Part shown: one piece after another, positions 42,335 to 55,184 of the stretch
Layout: the number at the start of each line of letters is the position of its first letter
Numbering within the stretch: the first letter of the stretch is position 1
NCBI GenBank assembly: GCA_000320545.1
Contig: ADNK01000104.1
Span: 14,698 to 78,697 of the forward strand
Origin: Bigelowiella natans CCMP2755
Lineage: Eukaryota; Protista; Cercozoa
Direction of reading: 5' to 3'
DNA: 64,000 nucleotides
The notes under the pieces: generated by a model
Database searches by the model: none
Told to the model about the DNA's origin: nothing
The model's input: only the letters and a program-made list of their open reading frames with translations
Translations under genes and position numbers: made by a program

Positions 42335-45300
42335 TCATTTAAACCAGGAATCGCCCGTAAGCCTCTCGAGGTCTTGGAGGCTCGGATTATCAATGGACAT
42401 CATACCTGTTAGTTTTCCGCATTTATACACAGCATCACCTTAGGGACGTACATATAAAGGTCAATGTGCTAGCACTACTACTACTCCTACGCGAAAGCAA
42501 TAGGGTTGCTGCTCACCATCATTGTAGAACCCCCACCATGAACTTCTCAGCCCCTTCAGCCACCCATTCTTCATCTGTAAAAGGCTGCGTGCGTCCACAG
42601 CATGCATTTCAATAATGATGTATCACTGTGTTGTGTTGTTCGGAACTACTGCAAGCGCAACCGCATATTGACATATATGATCAGGTACGAGCAGTGGAGA
42701 ATATGTAGAAGAGTGTCTGTCTGTCTTTGAATGTGTGTATACACGCGCGCGCGTTTCGTAACAATATCACGAAAAAATGATGATAGCGGAGAAGCATTAT
42801 ATCGGAGAGGTGGTAGACACCTTTGCTGGAGAGCTGTGGAGCACTTCCATACATCGGGTTCATACAAGTGGTCGCATAACGCGAGAGCCAACTTCATTTT
42901 CTGCAGATATCGCAACGTGGGAGTGGCGAAAGGTTGATATTATTTTTGATGACAGGATTCTAGCAACCACCGCAGAGACTTTTGGCTACTATTCTTTGTT
43001 TGCTGTCGCTGTCCCTTCCCCCACCCCAACCCCACTTTCCAACGCCATCCATGACAACACACGCGACAAGGACGAAAATGATACCACCACCACCACCACC
43101 ACCACTACCACTATACATCAAAGGGATAATCGCTCACACCGCCATCGGCATCATAGAAGCACTGGTTATTTTCATCATCATTATTATAATCACTATTTTC
43201 AGCACCTCCGTCACTGCCCATGGCGGAAGGCCGGAGAAGGATACCGCTCTTTCAAACCCCACGTAGTGGCCTCGCCTCCTATGCGCCATCCGTGTGCCCC
43301 CTCCATTACCACCAGCACCACCACCACCACCACTATTTGCGCTATCAGCGGTAGCAGTATCACCACCATCTTCTTCCGTCTTCCAAACGATCGCTGGGTC
43401 CGGGATCCCCGTGATTTCAGGGTGGTACCTTATAGATGTGAGTGGGGGGGGGAGGAGGTGGGTGATACAGCAAAGGTAAGATGTACGCCGAAGGCATCTA
43501 CGTGCGCATTTTTGTATTTTGCGAATGTATAATGTTGTAATGTTTTGACAGAGAATGGGGGGGGGGGCGGCGGCTAGGTAAGTTGGTCGAGTGTGTACGC
43601 ACAAGCGCATCCAGTTTTCGGAACTATACTCGCACGGAAGTGAAGCCCATTGATATCTAAGAAAGACGATCATGATGATGAGGAAGAACCGTCCTCCTAT
43701 TTTTAATTGTGCGAGGGCGTCGAAGCATCACATCGCCCCCTCCCCCCATACTACCCTAGCCACCTTGTGTTCAGTCACTCTACTCTTTAGAGGAAGATCT
43801 TATTCATACCAATGGATTATTTGAATCGGCAGCGAGGCAACCACATGAAATAGAGTAACGCGCACACACATCAGAGAAGCGGCGACTCACTTGAAGTAAT
43901 CGTTAAGGAAAGCTTCTGCATTAACATGCAACTGCTGAGACGCTCGGAGCGACGCGAACACTGTCATGATTTCCTTGGGAGTAAGAATAGCGCGGCGGAA
44001 AACGAGGAAAAGACAGAAGATTGAGTAAGACAGCCGGCAAGTAACATCAAATTGAGATATTTGAGGCGGGTGTGTATACATGCATGCATGTGTGTGCGTG
44101 CGTGTGTGTGTGCGTAGTGGGTGTGAAAGCGTCAACGAATCTTGACCCCACTTCGTTTCGCTAGTTTACGTTGTTGTTGTTATTATTGACGTTCTTCTTC
44201 TTCTTCTTCTTCTTCTTCTTCTTCTCAATCCTTAGCCTACCTTATATGTAGGGCCATGTGGCCGAAAGAGCAGCAGCCTCCCACCAAATAGCGGCTCCAT
44301 CCTCTCTCCCCTTACCCCCCCCCCCGGCTTCCGAGGCGGGCAGTACGGGCATAGCCAAGCCTGGCGATTTCCCTGCCCACATGTGCACAGAGGCACCGCA
44401 GCAACCCTGGCGGGGGGGCGATCCGGATGAGGAGCAGTATGGTCTTCTGTGCCTCCAAGCATCCTCCTCCTCCTCCTCCCCTTCCTCCCCCCCCTGCCGC
44501 TGCTAAATGATGATGATGGTGATGGTGATGATAATGCGGAAGATGTGAGAAAGGTGGATAGCGGAGGGAGCAGTGGCGAAGAGGAGGAGGAGGGGGAGGA
44601 GGGGGGGGAGCAGGAAGCAGCAGCAGCAGCAGCAGCAGCATTGGTGTCGCCTCTATCAGCAAGTTGGAAGAGGAGAAGATCGTCCATGTTGCGGAACACC
44701 AATGTTTTGGGGGAGAGGACGCATACTGCCGAGTACTACAAATGGGAAAAGCACAAGGAGAGTAGTATCAGAGAGGAGATTTATAGGGGAGGAAGAAGGG
44801 GGGGGGAAGGGGTTAAGAAAGGCCACAAGTAGGATGAATGCCATGCAAAGCGCAAATGAATTCTTCCTCTAACCTAGAGGCTACTACCAACCACTTGTGG
44901 CTGTTCTGTGTGTTTGTCGGCCCATATCACTATTATTGACGTGTGAGGGTAAAGAAGAAGCCACTACCTGTGTCAATCCAAATGCATGGAGAAGACCCCA
45001 GTTCTCATTGTCCGTTGCGGGCGAAAGGTCTTCCATCTCTATCACGTGGCCAACCTGACGCATTATGTCATTATGAGTCGTTGTGAGTCGCACGCACATG
45101 AACACGTTCTCACAACGATGGAGCCAAATCAGCGACACACGCGCACCTACTACATTGTGGCACACCGCCACAATAATCCACTTCACGCAAACATGGTATA
45201 TCATAACTATAACATTCTTCAGAGAAGCAATATTGAGCCGAGCGATATTCAGGAGTGGCAGTAGAAGCAGCAGCAGCAGCAGCAGCAGCTAGACGAGCCA

Positions 45301-45882
45301 CCGCACAATCTCTCAAATAGAAATGCCCAACCCTACCCCTGGATGACGATATAACTGGTTTCTGAGGGTCGCGTTGATTCTCTGTGATACTAACACTGTG
45401 AGAGGAAATATGGAGCCCGTCCTTACAAGGCTTTCACTCAGGGCCACCACCTACAAATGACGATTCGGGCAAACAAACAAAGGAGACATCAGGACGTGCA
45501 CGGACACTCTACAATTCTTACGCATGGCGGTGTTGTTTCTATTGTATATGCAATAAATTTGTGGCTTTTCCCTTCAATGAATGCCAATGAGCATTCGTGC
45601 ATAGTTGATTATATGACCCCTGGCATGTCGTTTTCTTCCGTCAGGATCGTCACCCATACCCTTGAGAAACGCATGGCCTGCTTCCTCATCGCAATCCAAT
45701 CAGCAAGCGACTGCCTCGCCCTGACAAGAAGACGGATACATGTAACCAATTAGCAATCAACGGCAGGGGCACACCTGCCATTTCCACACCAATGAATACG
45801 ACTGGTTGCTAGACAAAAATGGTCGGTGGTCTCGTCGATAATAATTCACAAGTTTACAAACTCGCAATGCTGCTTCGCTGCC

Positions 45883-45920
<38 letters not shown>

Positions 45921-46355
45921 TCCTAGCATGCATATTAGGGTTTTGATCGTTGTATGCGTGGCCGACGCGCGCCATAGAACCTCCTCATAATACTCGATGG
46001 GTGGTAGTATCGAGCGAGCCGAGGCACATTCTCTCTCAACTGCTGGAAGTAATTGATGGGGGAGAAGGACGCAGAGTGTACTATTGTTCCCCCTTGAGCG
46101 GTATTCTGTCGAATAGGATGACATGTTTTCACGAATCGGTTATTGGAGAGTGGTGCGACAATAGAGCTATGTTAGAACAAGAGCGGCGAAGTCTCCTTTA
46201 GATCTCACCAGTCCCACATCGCTTTTCCCTGCTACCCCAGCAGCAGAAGCGTCAGCAGTAACCCAGTGTGGCGAGTGTGGAGAGGCGCACTGCACGAACA
46301 GCAACAAGAGAAGGGACACAGGTAATGGGAAAATGGTGACCACCTCTCCCGCCAT
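42335..46355 (-). CDS. GT8 (glycogenin/galactinol-synthase-like) glycosyltransferase-fold protein with signal peptide; DxD apparently lost
   Basis: VVALSESLVRTGSIFPLTVLVS; WGLLHAFGLTQ|YSAVCVLSPKTLVFRNMDDLL (canonical Y..hhYLDADTLV..NIDELF); AAVPLCTC...CPYC; FGGRLLLFRP; EAFLNDYFK|YQWASLPCEY; ends GDSWFK*. Confidence 0.65.
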
Positions 46356-46804
46356 ACACGTATTCGCGGTTCGCAGGCAGATCTGCCCCCCTTCCCCCTC
46401 AGTAGGCTTGGCTGCTCGCTTCTGGCTGCCCTTTCCGAGCGAGTTATTAGGCTCCCCTTTTCACTTAAGAAGCAGTTCTTAAGAGCGCGCGCTTTAAGAA
46501 CATAAATCCGATGGGGACAGGTTTCACGCGGCAGGTGTGTTCTCAGAGTGTTGTCTTTGTTGCTTTCACCTTTTTGCTGCTGCTGCTGAAAATATTTCCA
46601 AAAAAATCACTAAACGAATGGTCCTAATTTTGGATCTGTGTTTAGATAGTTATTTTGCGATATATTATCGGTTTAGTGATCACATGCATGTTCATCAACC
46701 GTGATTCACAGTAATCTACAGTTGCTTCGGGTAGGGGCATTTCGATTTGTTCTTGGTAAGTGTCCCATTGATTTTCTGTTACATTTGCAAGGCATTGAGC
46801 ATGT

Positions 46805-46935
46805 TGATCTGACCTACCGCTGTTGTGTTTGCACACACCGCTGTTGCACTCACGGTGATCCAACCCACCGCCATTGTGTTTGCGGTGATCTGAACCACCG
46901 TCATTGTGTTCACAGTGATCCAACCCACCGCCATC
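46805..46935. repeat. Decayed 30-bp tandem repeat, ~4.5 units
   Basis: Consensus TGATC[..]ACC[..]CCGC[..]TTG[..]TT[..]CRG, where the bracketed columns alternate between TG, CA and TA. Confidence 0.8.
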
Positions 46936-48532
46936 AAACACGTCCACGTGAAAAGTGTTCACGGTTGCACTTCATTCTTTTGGACACAGTCTCGAAAGAA
47001 AGAAAGAAAGAAAAGCTGTCATCATTGTTGAACGACCTGAACACACCTCCAAAGTGAGTTGCTCAAATTTCAACACAATCCATTTGGCCAAAACGAAGCA
47101 AGACATCCAACACACACACCCTGCTCACTCTCATTCCTCGCACGTGATTTGCGTTTGATTGGTGTTGCACACATTGACGTGTTCATTGCGTCCGTCTCAG
47201 TGCGTGCAGGGATGATGACAAGAAACGCATTCACAGTCGACGAAAGAGCAAAGATGTGTCTTGTACACACGCTGATCATGACGGACACAGCAATGGGATG
47301 TGCAATGTGTGCTGCGTGCATCACATTGTTGCGTGTCCATTTGTCAAAGACAGACACAGTGCATGGTGAGGTGTGCCAGCTGGCCAGTGTGTGATCCAGT
47401 GATGCAATGCATCGTGTTGAAGGCATGCTAGCATGTCCATCATGCTGCACTGGTGCGTGCGCACAGATGGCAACAATCGCCTCAAACAAGTGTGCATGTG
47501 CAAGAGCCAGACTTGGCACGTGCAGGCCGACGGAGGTTTGCACGCGATGCACGTGCCATCGTCGCATCGCGATTGCGCTAGCGCAGCACCGACCATCGAT
47601 CGTGCATGTTGCAAGTGCACCGGGTTGCAGCATCACAGGTCTAGCAGATGTCTTGCTTTGCGCACACCATTAGGAAGTGCAGATGGACCACGCTCGTGCG
47701 ACCGGCGCACGTGGAGAGTTGAATGATGGCCAGCCTGATCATTTTGCTAGCTTGGCTGTCAGCCAAAAGTGAAAGATCTAAATCAACTTCTGTGGTCATT
47801 TCGAGTAAAAATGTGCGAAAAACAACATTGGGAAGTGAAGCGTCGTCGAAAACGAAAAGGGATTCTTGTTATTTCACATCAATGTAGTTCGTACAAATGT
47901 GTTTGTTGCACTTGCGGTGCGGATGTTCATTTTGTCAGCAGAGCGAGGCTCTCGCGAGCGCGAGGTTCCACATTGCATTGTAAGAGTTTTTGTGAATAGT
48001 TTGCATGCAAGCATGTGTGTGCTCTAAACGCGCACGCTACAAATGTCAGAGCCAGCGAACTTGAAACGCTACATACCTCGCTTAGCTACATCACAAGCAA
48101 ACACGGACACATGCTATTTTTCATTCACGCAAAGTAAAAACATATGCGATTATAAGGGATAAAAATTTTAAAACTTCATCAGAGAGCTTACTTTCCCACG
48201 GATTAAGCTGCGCGCTTTATTTAGAACAAGTAGCCGACCAGCGGCTACTTTTAGTAGTGGATGTATCCCTCATCATGAGCGGTCGGGTACTTGAGTGCAT
48301 GCTACCAGTCTTAAGAAGAAGACGGATCATACTGGCCACTTCTTGCTGCTATTTCATTGCTGCTATCTCATTCCTGCTTGCTTCGACTCCGTTCCTTCGA
48401 TTAACCACGCGTGCCGCCGCTGATAAAGGAAAATGGTGGGCAACACATTAGGGAGTAATCATGCCACTCAGTACATGTGCGGATCTATGTGTGACAGTTG
48501 TAAGAGCATTTTCTTCGTCACTAACGCGTCAC

Positions 48533-49653
48533 TTACATAACGTTGCCCCCCGAGATGTTAAGATCGACACCAGTCATATAGGAGGCTTCGTCGGAGAGGA
48601 GGAAGAGCGCTGCGTTTATCACTTCCTCGACATCTCCAGCCCGGCGCATGAGCACGGAGCCTGACGACCAGAACACAGAATCATTGTTTGTGACTGCAAT
48701 GCTTATGTGATGACGATAAAAGGGTGAAGGACGCTTGCTCTTCCTTTCTTTCTTCTTTCTTTCTTTGTGCCGTAACCCAAATGGGGAAAAAATGAGAGAG
48801 GTCTTCGACAGCAGCACAGTTTTTCGTTTCGACACAAACGAGATCTTCTAACGTTGCCAAAGATGACGGACGATGCACTCTCCCACGCCCTACCCCCACT
48901 ACTCCCCACCGACCTAACATCTGCTTCTCGACGACATCGATGTCGTTGGAGAAGTAGAATTCTGGGTGCCCGGTCGGATTTCCATCAGCTTGGAGCTGAA
49001 CCTGGAAGGTGGGGTGGAGCAAGACATCCAACGACGACAGAAGTTAGATTTGATATACGGAAGAAGCCGGTCCCCGCCACCATCTCTCATTGGAAATATT
49101 GCATCCTCGCCTCAATTTATTTACATTATTATATTATATGATGTGCAGGAAATACTGGATTATTTCCAACAATCATCAGCGATTCTACTCCCCAAAACGT
49201 CGTGCGGTGTGAAATTCAACGACGATTCTGATTCTCTACACAACCACTATGATCGTGTTGCCATCTTGGGAAGTCAACGTATTATAATTTTCGCGAATAA
49301 CCTTCACTTTTTTAAGCCTGAAAATTTTGTCATGCTTAGACCCTCACTCCTCCTCTCCGCCCCCCCCCTTCCTTCTGCGTTGTTTCGCCATACCTGTCGG
49401 CGCCACATCATGCCATCCTCGGGACCGATGTAAGCAGGGGAGATAGAGTTGACTCGGATCTTGTGCGGTGCGAGGTCGACAGCTGCAATCTTAGAAAGAT
49501 GGTTCACTGCCGCCTTCGAGGATCCGTAGGCGCACATCAGAGTAGGGCAGCCGAGCCCCGCGCACGATGCGGTGTTAACGATCGATCCTGGGAAGAGAAG
49601 GGGGGGGAGAGCACACGTATAAGTGTATAGGTGTACGGACGAGGACATCCCTT

Positions 49654-49697
<44 letters not shown>

Positions 49698-50653
49698 TCT
49701 GTCCAGCAATCAATATATACATATTGTATGTGTGTGTGTGTGCGTGGTGTATGAAGTTCATTTCTCACCGAGTGAGACCTGCGTACTCCTACACTCTGGA
49801 CAATAAATTCTATTTCTTTACCTGCTGTCTTCCCTTCGATCATTGCAGCCGAGGCGTACTTGAGAACAGAAAAGAGCCCAACAACGTTAATGTCAAAGAC
49901 ACGCTTGAAATCGTCCACTGGATACTTATCTACTGGCTCGAAAGCGCCCTGATGGAGAAAGGAAAACGTGATGAGGATTAGGTGTGCATGTGGGAAAGAG
50001 AGGAGAGAGAGTGAGAAAGAGAGAGAGGGAGGGAGGGAGAGAGAGAGAGAGAGGAAAAAATTAAACCCCCGCCATCTTATCACTCTCGCACAAAAACACA
50101 AACGCAAAACAAAGGATTTAAATAAATAAGCACATGTGTGTGTGTGTGTACAAATATTAACACCTGGTAGCCCGCGTTGTTAAAAACGCCGTCGATGGAG
50201 CCAAACTCTGCGACAACCTCGTCAACCATGTTCTTTACTTTCGCCTCATCCGTCAGGTCCATACCGAATGGCGCTGCTTTTACACCGTAGCTCTTGACCT
50301 CCTCCGTTACCTTCAAAAATTTGATTTGTACGCAACGGTGGAAGTTAGATCGCTCGCTCACTAGCAATAAGGCAGGCCCACTGTACGAAGGCAGATGGAA
50401 TCGTCCTCATGTTATACGGAATAAGTATGGAATATAAGTATTGTTACCGATGGAAGATTGTCCACTGCGAGGTCAACCAGCGCTACGTTCGCACCCTCTG
50501 CAGCGAGCATCTTAGCAGCAACACCGCCGAAGTTCCCAGCTGCACCAGTAACGATCACATTCTTCCCCTCGAAGCGGTTGCCACGAGCAGGGTACTTGGT
50601 GGCAGTGCTGAAAAACCTGATGACATGTTGAAAGGGAGGGGGAGTGAGTGAGT

Positions 50654-50702
<49 letters not shown>

Positions 50703-50944
50703 GGGCCAATAAGTAACCCAATTCTGATGTACAGTCTACGTGATACGTGACACGTGACACGTGACATGTAATGACGGACGAGAATAAATGCGGATCTCAT
50801 GGCGATTTACGCTCATGATCACGAAAACAGATATGGATTCTGCAGCCCATGCAACATTGTCTGTATGATGAACATGGGAAGAGGAGGAGGGACGGAATGG
50901 GCATACCTGGAAGGGGATACGAGACGGCGAAGGGAGCGGTTCAT
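48533..50944 (-). CDS. Short-chain dehydrogenase/reductase, NAD-dependent xylitol/polyol dehydrogenase-like, with mitochondrial-type presequence
   Basis: MNRSLRRLVSPSRFFSTAT; TGAAGNFG; NNAGYQ|GAFEPVDKYPVDDFKRVFDINV; catalytic YGSSK; IRVNSISPAYIGP..MMWRRQ|VQLQA..YFS; GSVLMRRAG..SYMTGVDLNISGG. Confidence 0.9.
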
Positions 50945-52409
50945 GGTCCTAGTGGAATATAAGATAAATTTGAGAGTCTGGAGAATCGTTTTTGCATCAA
51001 AACATACACGAATTCAACCCTAATATTCTTTCAATATGTTGTCGCTAGGCTAGAAAAAGCCCAGCTGCCAACTTTTGCTGAAAAACTATGAGACTCAGCC
51101 GACGCAGGAAGGAGTTTCTAGTTTTTGGAAAGATTTTGCATGTGATACAGCCACTGAATTCCACCTGTTTCGACACATAGGGTGTTGACGCATGTAAAGA
51201 ATATAACATATTTTAGGAAATTATTGGCATTCCTGGCTTGATCATGCTTCTGAACGGGAAAGGGAGTAGACGTAGACACGCATCCGTTTTCAGACCGAGG
51301 CATCCAACTGACGAACCTCTGCTAAATGAATGCGATTTTTTTGGTAAAGTTGGCCATTTTCCGCAACTCATCTGCAAATTGACGGCACTTTCCCTTTTGT
51401 GCTGCAGAGATGCGCCATGCTCACGGCCAGAATGAAAAATCGTCTGGGCACTGATCCGTGCGACAGACAACAGCAGTCGCAAGGATCTAATGGACGTTTA
51501 ACACCGAGGAAGGCCGACGAGCTGGTTGAGGAAGGCCACAAGCAAGCGTGTAAATTGTGCCCCGTCCTACGAGTTTCAAAATGCGAACTCAACTATCCTA
51601 GAGACACGCTTCACATCCAAACGCCCAGCTTTGAATGAGAGAAAAAGTTGCATGGCGATCAATCTTTGCCGGAATGAACGATGCTAGAATGGACACAGCA
51701 ACATGAGCATTGTGCAGGTGTCCAGGATGAATTTCGCTAGTACTAGGATAGACGGCAACATCGAACATTTATGAGTTTCTCATTTCGACATCAAATAGTG
51801 GCCACGCTTGTGCAAGTGCCATGCTTACGGATTACATGTGGCGGGAATGATGCATGCATGTTCTCCACTCCTAGCTCTAGAGCTAGCTAGACTCCGATCA
51901 TGCGCACGTCGCACCCACGGGTCATGGACATGACACATATTGCATGCATAGTGTACATTGTGTCTATGATTATATGTGCATTCATGGCTGTGTCTCTAAG
52001 CTGCATGGCACATGCAAATGCGTGATTTCATGGGTTGCGAAAATCTGCATGCACATCTAGACATGGCGTTCTGTAGATGCTAATCGAACGTTTGGTTACT
52101 AAAAATAACAATCAAACATATTGAGTACTATTTATCGCAGCAGCTTCAGCAGATGAGATCCATCAGAGAATAACGAAGCTTTTGTGATCGTAGGAGTCAC
52201 CACTACCACCATGATGGTGACGTGGATGTACATAGGCGAGGCCTTAACGTAAACTAGAAGCACCAATACGGCCTTCTCTACACTATTATTATTTACATAT
52301 CTCCGTGTCCGTTTCTACATATGAATGTAAAAGCAAAGAACTAGCATCAAGGGCTTCTCCAAAAGGGTAACTTCGCTTGCTGTATCCATCGATGTTTATG
52401 CAGCCGTCA

Positions 52410-52538
52410 TCAGTGTCGGCTGCCAAACACGGCTTTCAAGGCGTTTTTATTGAGATGGTTTAAGCGATCCCACTCGGGAACGGCTTGGATGTACCTGTGG
52501 TGAATGAAGTATATTAAAGTTATCACGATGATGTTGAT

Positions 52539-52572
<34 letters not shown>

Positions 52573-52781
52573 GGTCTGTGTATGAGTCTGTGGAGATGTG
52601 AAAGGAAGCACTTACATCCAAAGTGCAATCGACATTTGAAATGACACTGTCGCGACTATGGGCATTGCTTTGGCCAATCGTCCGTTACGGCGACTGAATA
52701 ATTAAAAAATTGGGATAGGTAATAAATAAGAGGGGGAGCTGGTGCAGTGTCAAAATTGCGATCAAGTGCACGTAGGTGTGA

Positions 52782-52813
<32 letters not shown>

Positions 52814-53709
52814 CTCTGCGTAGGTCTGCGTGTGAATGCTTTATTCTTTGAAGAAATGGACAGCAGCAGTAGCAGCAGCAGTGGCACCTGTGAAACTTTC
52901 TGATGTAATTGAAGGACGTTTCCAACGCACGTGGCAGCACATACAGCGTCAGCTCGGAGCGCCTTCTTGGGTGCTCTACTAGGAGGCTGAGGCCTGATTC
53001 CACATATTCCACCGACGCAAGGAAAACCCGTATGTGATGACGATGACGATGACGACGACAACGACAGCGAAAACATTGATAATGATGATGATGAGGCCTC
53101 AAACGATCATGTGAGGAACAACAACGAGAACGACGACGGAGTGGATCAGAGTGAAAAATAAAGATACAAATCAGCACGTTATTTAACGAATACGGCACTG
53201 ATGGATGCCACCCACAGCTAGACTTCATTCGTTAGTCGTGTAGCATCATTGCCAACGTCATTCATTATTCGGGTATTTCTTATCACGATGATATCCAAGT
53301 TTATTCAACGGTCATTTCGACGAAAGCTCGTCGGCAGTTGTGCCACCTGAAACAAGTCCTGCCACAATGGATGTGAGGCTTGGATCGTCCTTGATGACGC
53401 TGCGTATCGTACAATGCATCGCCTTCACTGTCGTCTGGTACGACGTAAGGAAGAGAGCTGAACGGATAATGTTTTTAATTCTCGTTTTGGCAAAATTGCC
53501 CGGATCCTGACACACCGCCAAAATTACGTTATTACGCCCGCAGAGGATGAAGGCAGAGGGACAACGCACAGACAGGCGGTCATTATTAAGTTGTCGGTGG
53601 CTTGGGCTTTTTGGATTGGTTGCCGATCTGATCGTATGATGGCCACGACGTTCTGCGATATATGGCACGCCTAGCTAGCAAAGGGTACTACTCTCTTTAT
53701 GCACGCGCG

Positions 53710-53748
<39 letters not shown>

Positions 53749-55143
53749 CTGCAAACATATATTTAGTGTGAATTTGTCTTGTGTATACGTGCTATACTGT
53801 GCTGCGCCCCACCTGGAGTATCTTATGCGGACTGAACATCAGCGTCGGAAGCACATGCACGGGAAGATAGATCCGTGCGGCGCGCCCTAGGCCCAGAACC
53901 TGACAACAGCAGCCAGTCGTGCACATAGAAATGTGGGTGGGAAGGGGAAAGCGAGGGCTGTGTGGGAAGTGGACAAGAGATTTCGTGCCAAAGTCGTCAC
54001 TTAAAATGATTTTTGATGATGAAGAATGGTAGGCATACTTCTCGCTTGCCTCCCCTCTCATTTTTCTCTCTTCCCTGTATGTGTCTGTGTATGATTCGTG
54101 AAGTTCATTCTCCTTTTCTTGCTACATACCGTGGCATGAACACATGTAGTCATTGCTGCTACTACTACTACTACTGCCGCTACTACTACTACTGCCACTA
54201 CTCCTACTGCTCACTGCTGCGAGTTACGTACCCAGTCCTCGGCATTATATTTCATGCAGCTAATGTGGTGCTTATGGTATTGGCATGGCTCCCATGCCTC
54301 CTCAGGTAATCGGTGCCTGCGACCGAATACATGGTAATCACGCGCTGATGCTGATGGTGTTATTCTTGATGATGTTGATGGTGATAATGATAGTGGCATG
54401 AGAGATCGCCGTCGCTACCATCATCACCATCATCATCATGATCCTCGTCACCAGGGGGCAACAACACCATTTGGTGCAGGAAAACGAATGGAAAACGCAC
54501 ATCCGCAACATAGAAGTGAGAAAAAAAGGGCCCTGTCGTCATAGTATATGTTATATGGGCTTCTCGTGTATTGCTGCGCCATGCAGTACATGTTATCAGA
54601 GATGCGGCTCCGGACTGTCGCACGAAGGTCTTCCGCGGTAATGTTGCCTAAGGAGTCAAATTAGTCAGCAAGTAAACCTAACAGCAGCGCATAGTCAACA
54701 CACGCACATGCACGCTAGCAATCTCACGTTCATTCCCCCACTCGCTCGCCCCTTTCCCCCATAATCATCATTAAACCAAGCTTCCCACTTTTTTACCCAG
54801 CCCCTTTACGTGTATGATCTAAAAGAAAGTTGGGCAGCCCCAAGATGGTGAAGGAAAAACATCAAAGGGCAACAAACAGCCACCCATTTTCATGATCCAG
54901 CGATGATAGCCCTTCTCCAGCAGCTCTGGACATTTTGTGAAGGAGTATATGATCGGCACCTGGGCTAGCGAGAATGCTATGATATTTCCCTGCGCCGATT
55001 TGTCATGCAAGCAAACACAACAGTAAGCATCATCGCAGCACCATGCACGACGGCAAAGACCGCAAGGAACTTGTCCGACAACGCGATTGCCGTTCAACAT
55101 TACAAACAACACCCAACATCAAATATCGCCACCCGGGAGGATG

Positions 55144-55184
<41 letters not shown>

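Noticed and set aside
42777-43532. 251-aa plus-strand ORF
   Set aside because: Antisense to the GT8-like gene and built largely from trinucleotide SSRs; no recognisable domain.
46476-46500. Palindrome TTCTTAAGAGCGCGCGCTTTAAGAA
   Set aside because: Isolated short hairpin upstream of a gene; no second copy or element terminus to support a function.
47059-47726. Overlapping Cys/His-rich ORFs that look like metal-binding proteins
   Set aside because: Artefact of TpA loss (few TAA/TAG stops; Tyr codons become His or Cys); open on both strands.
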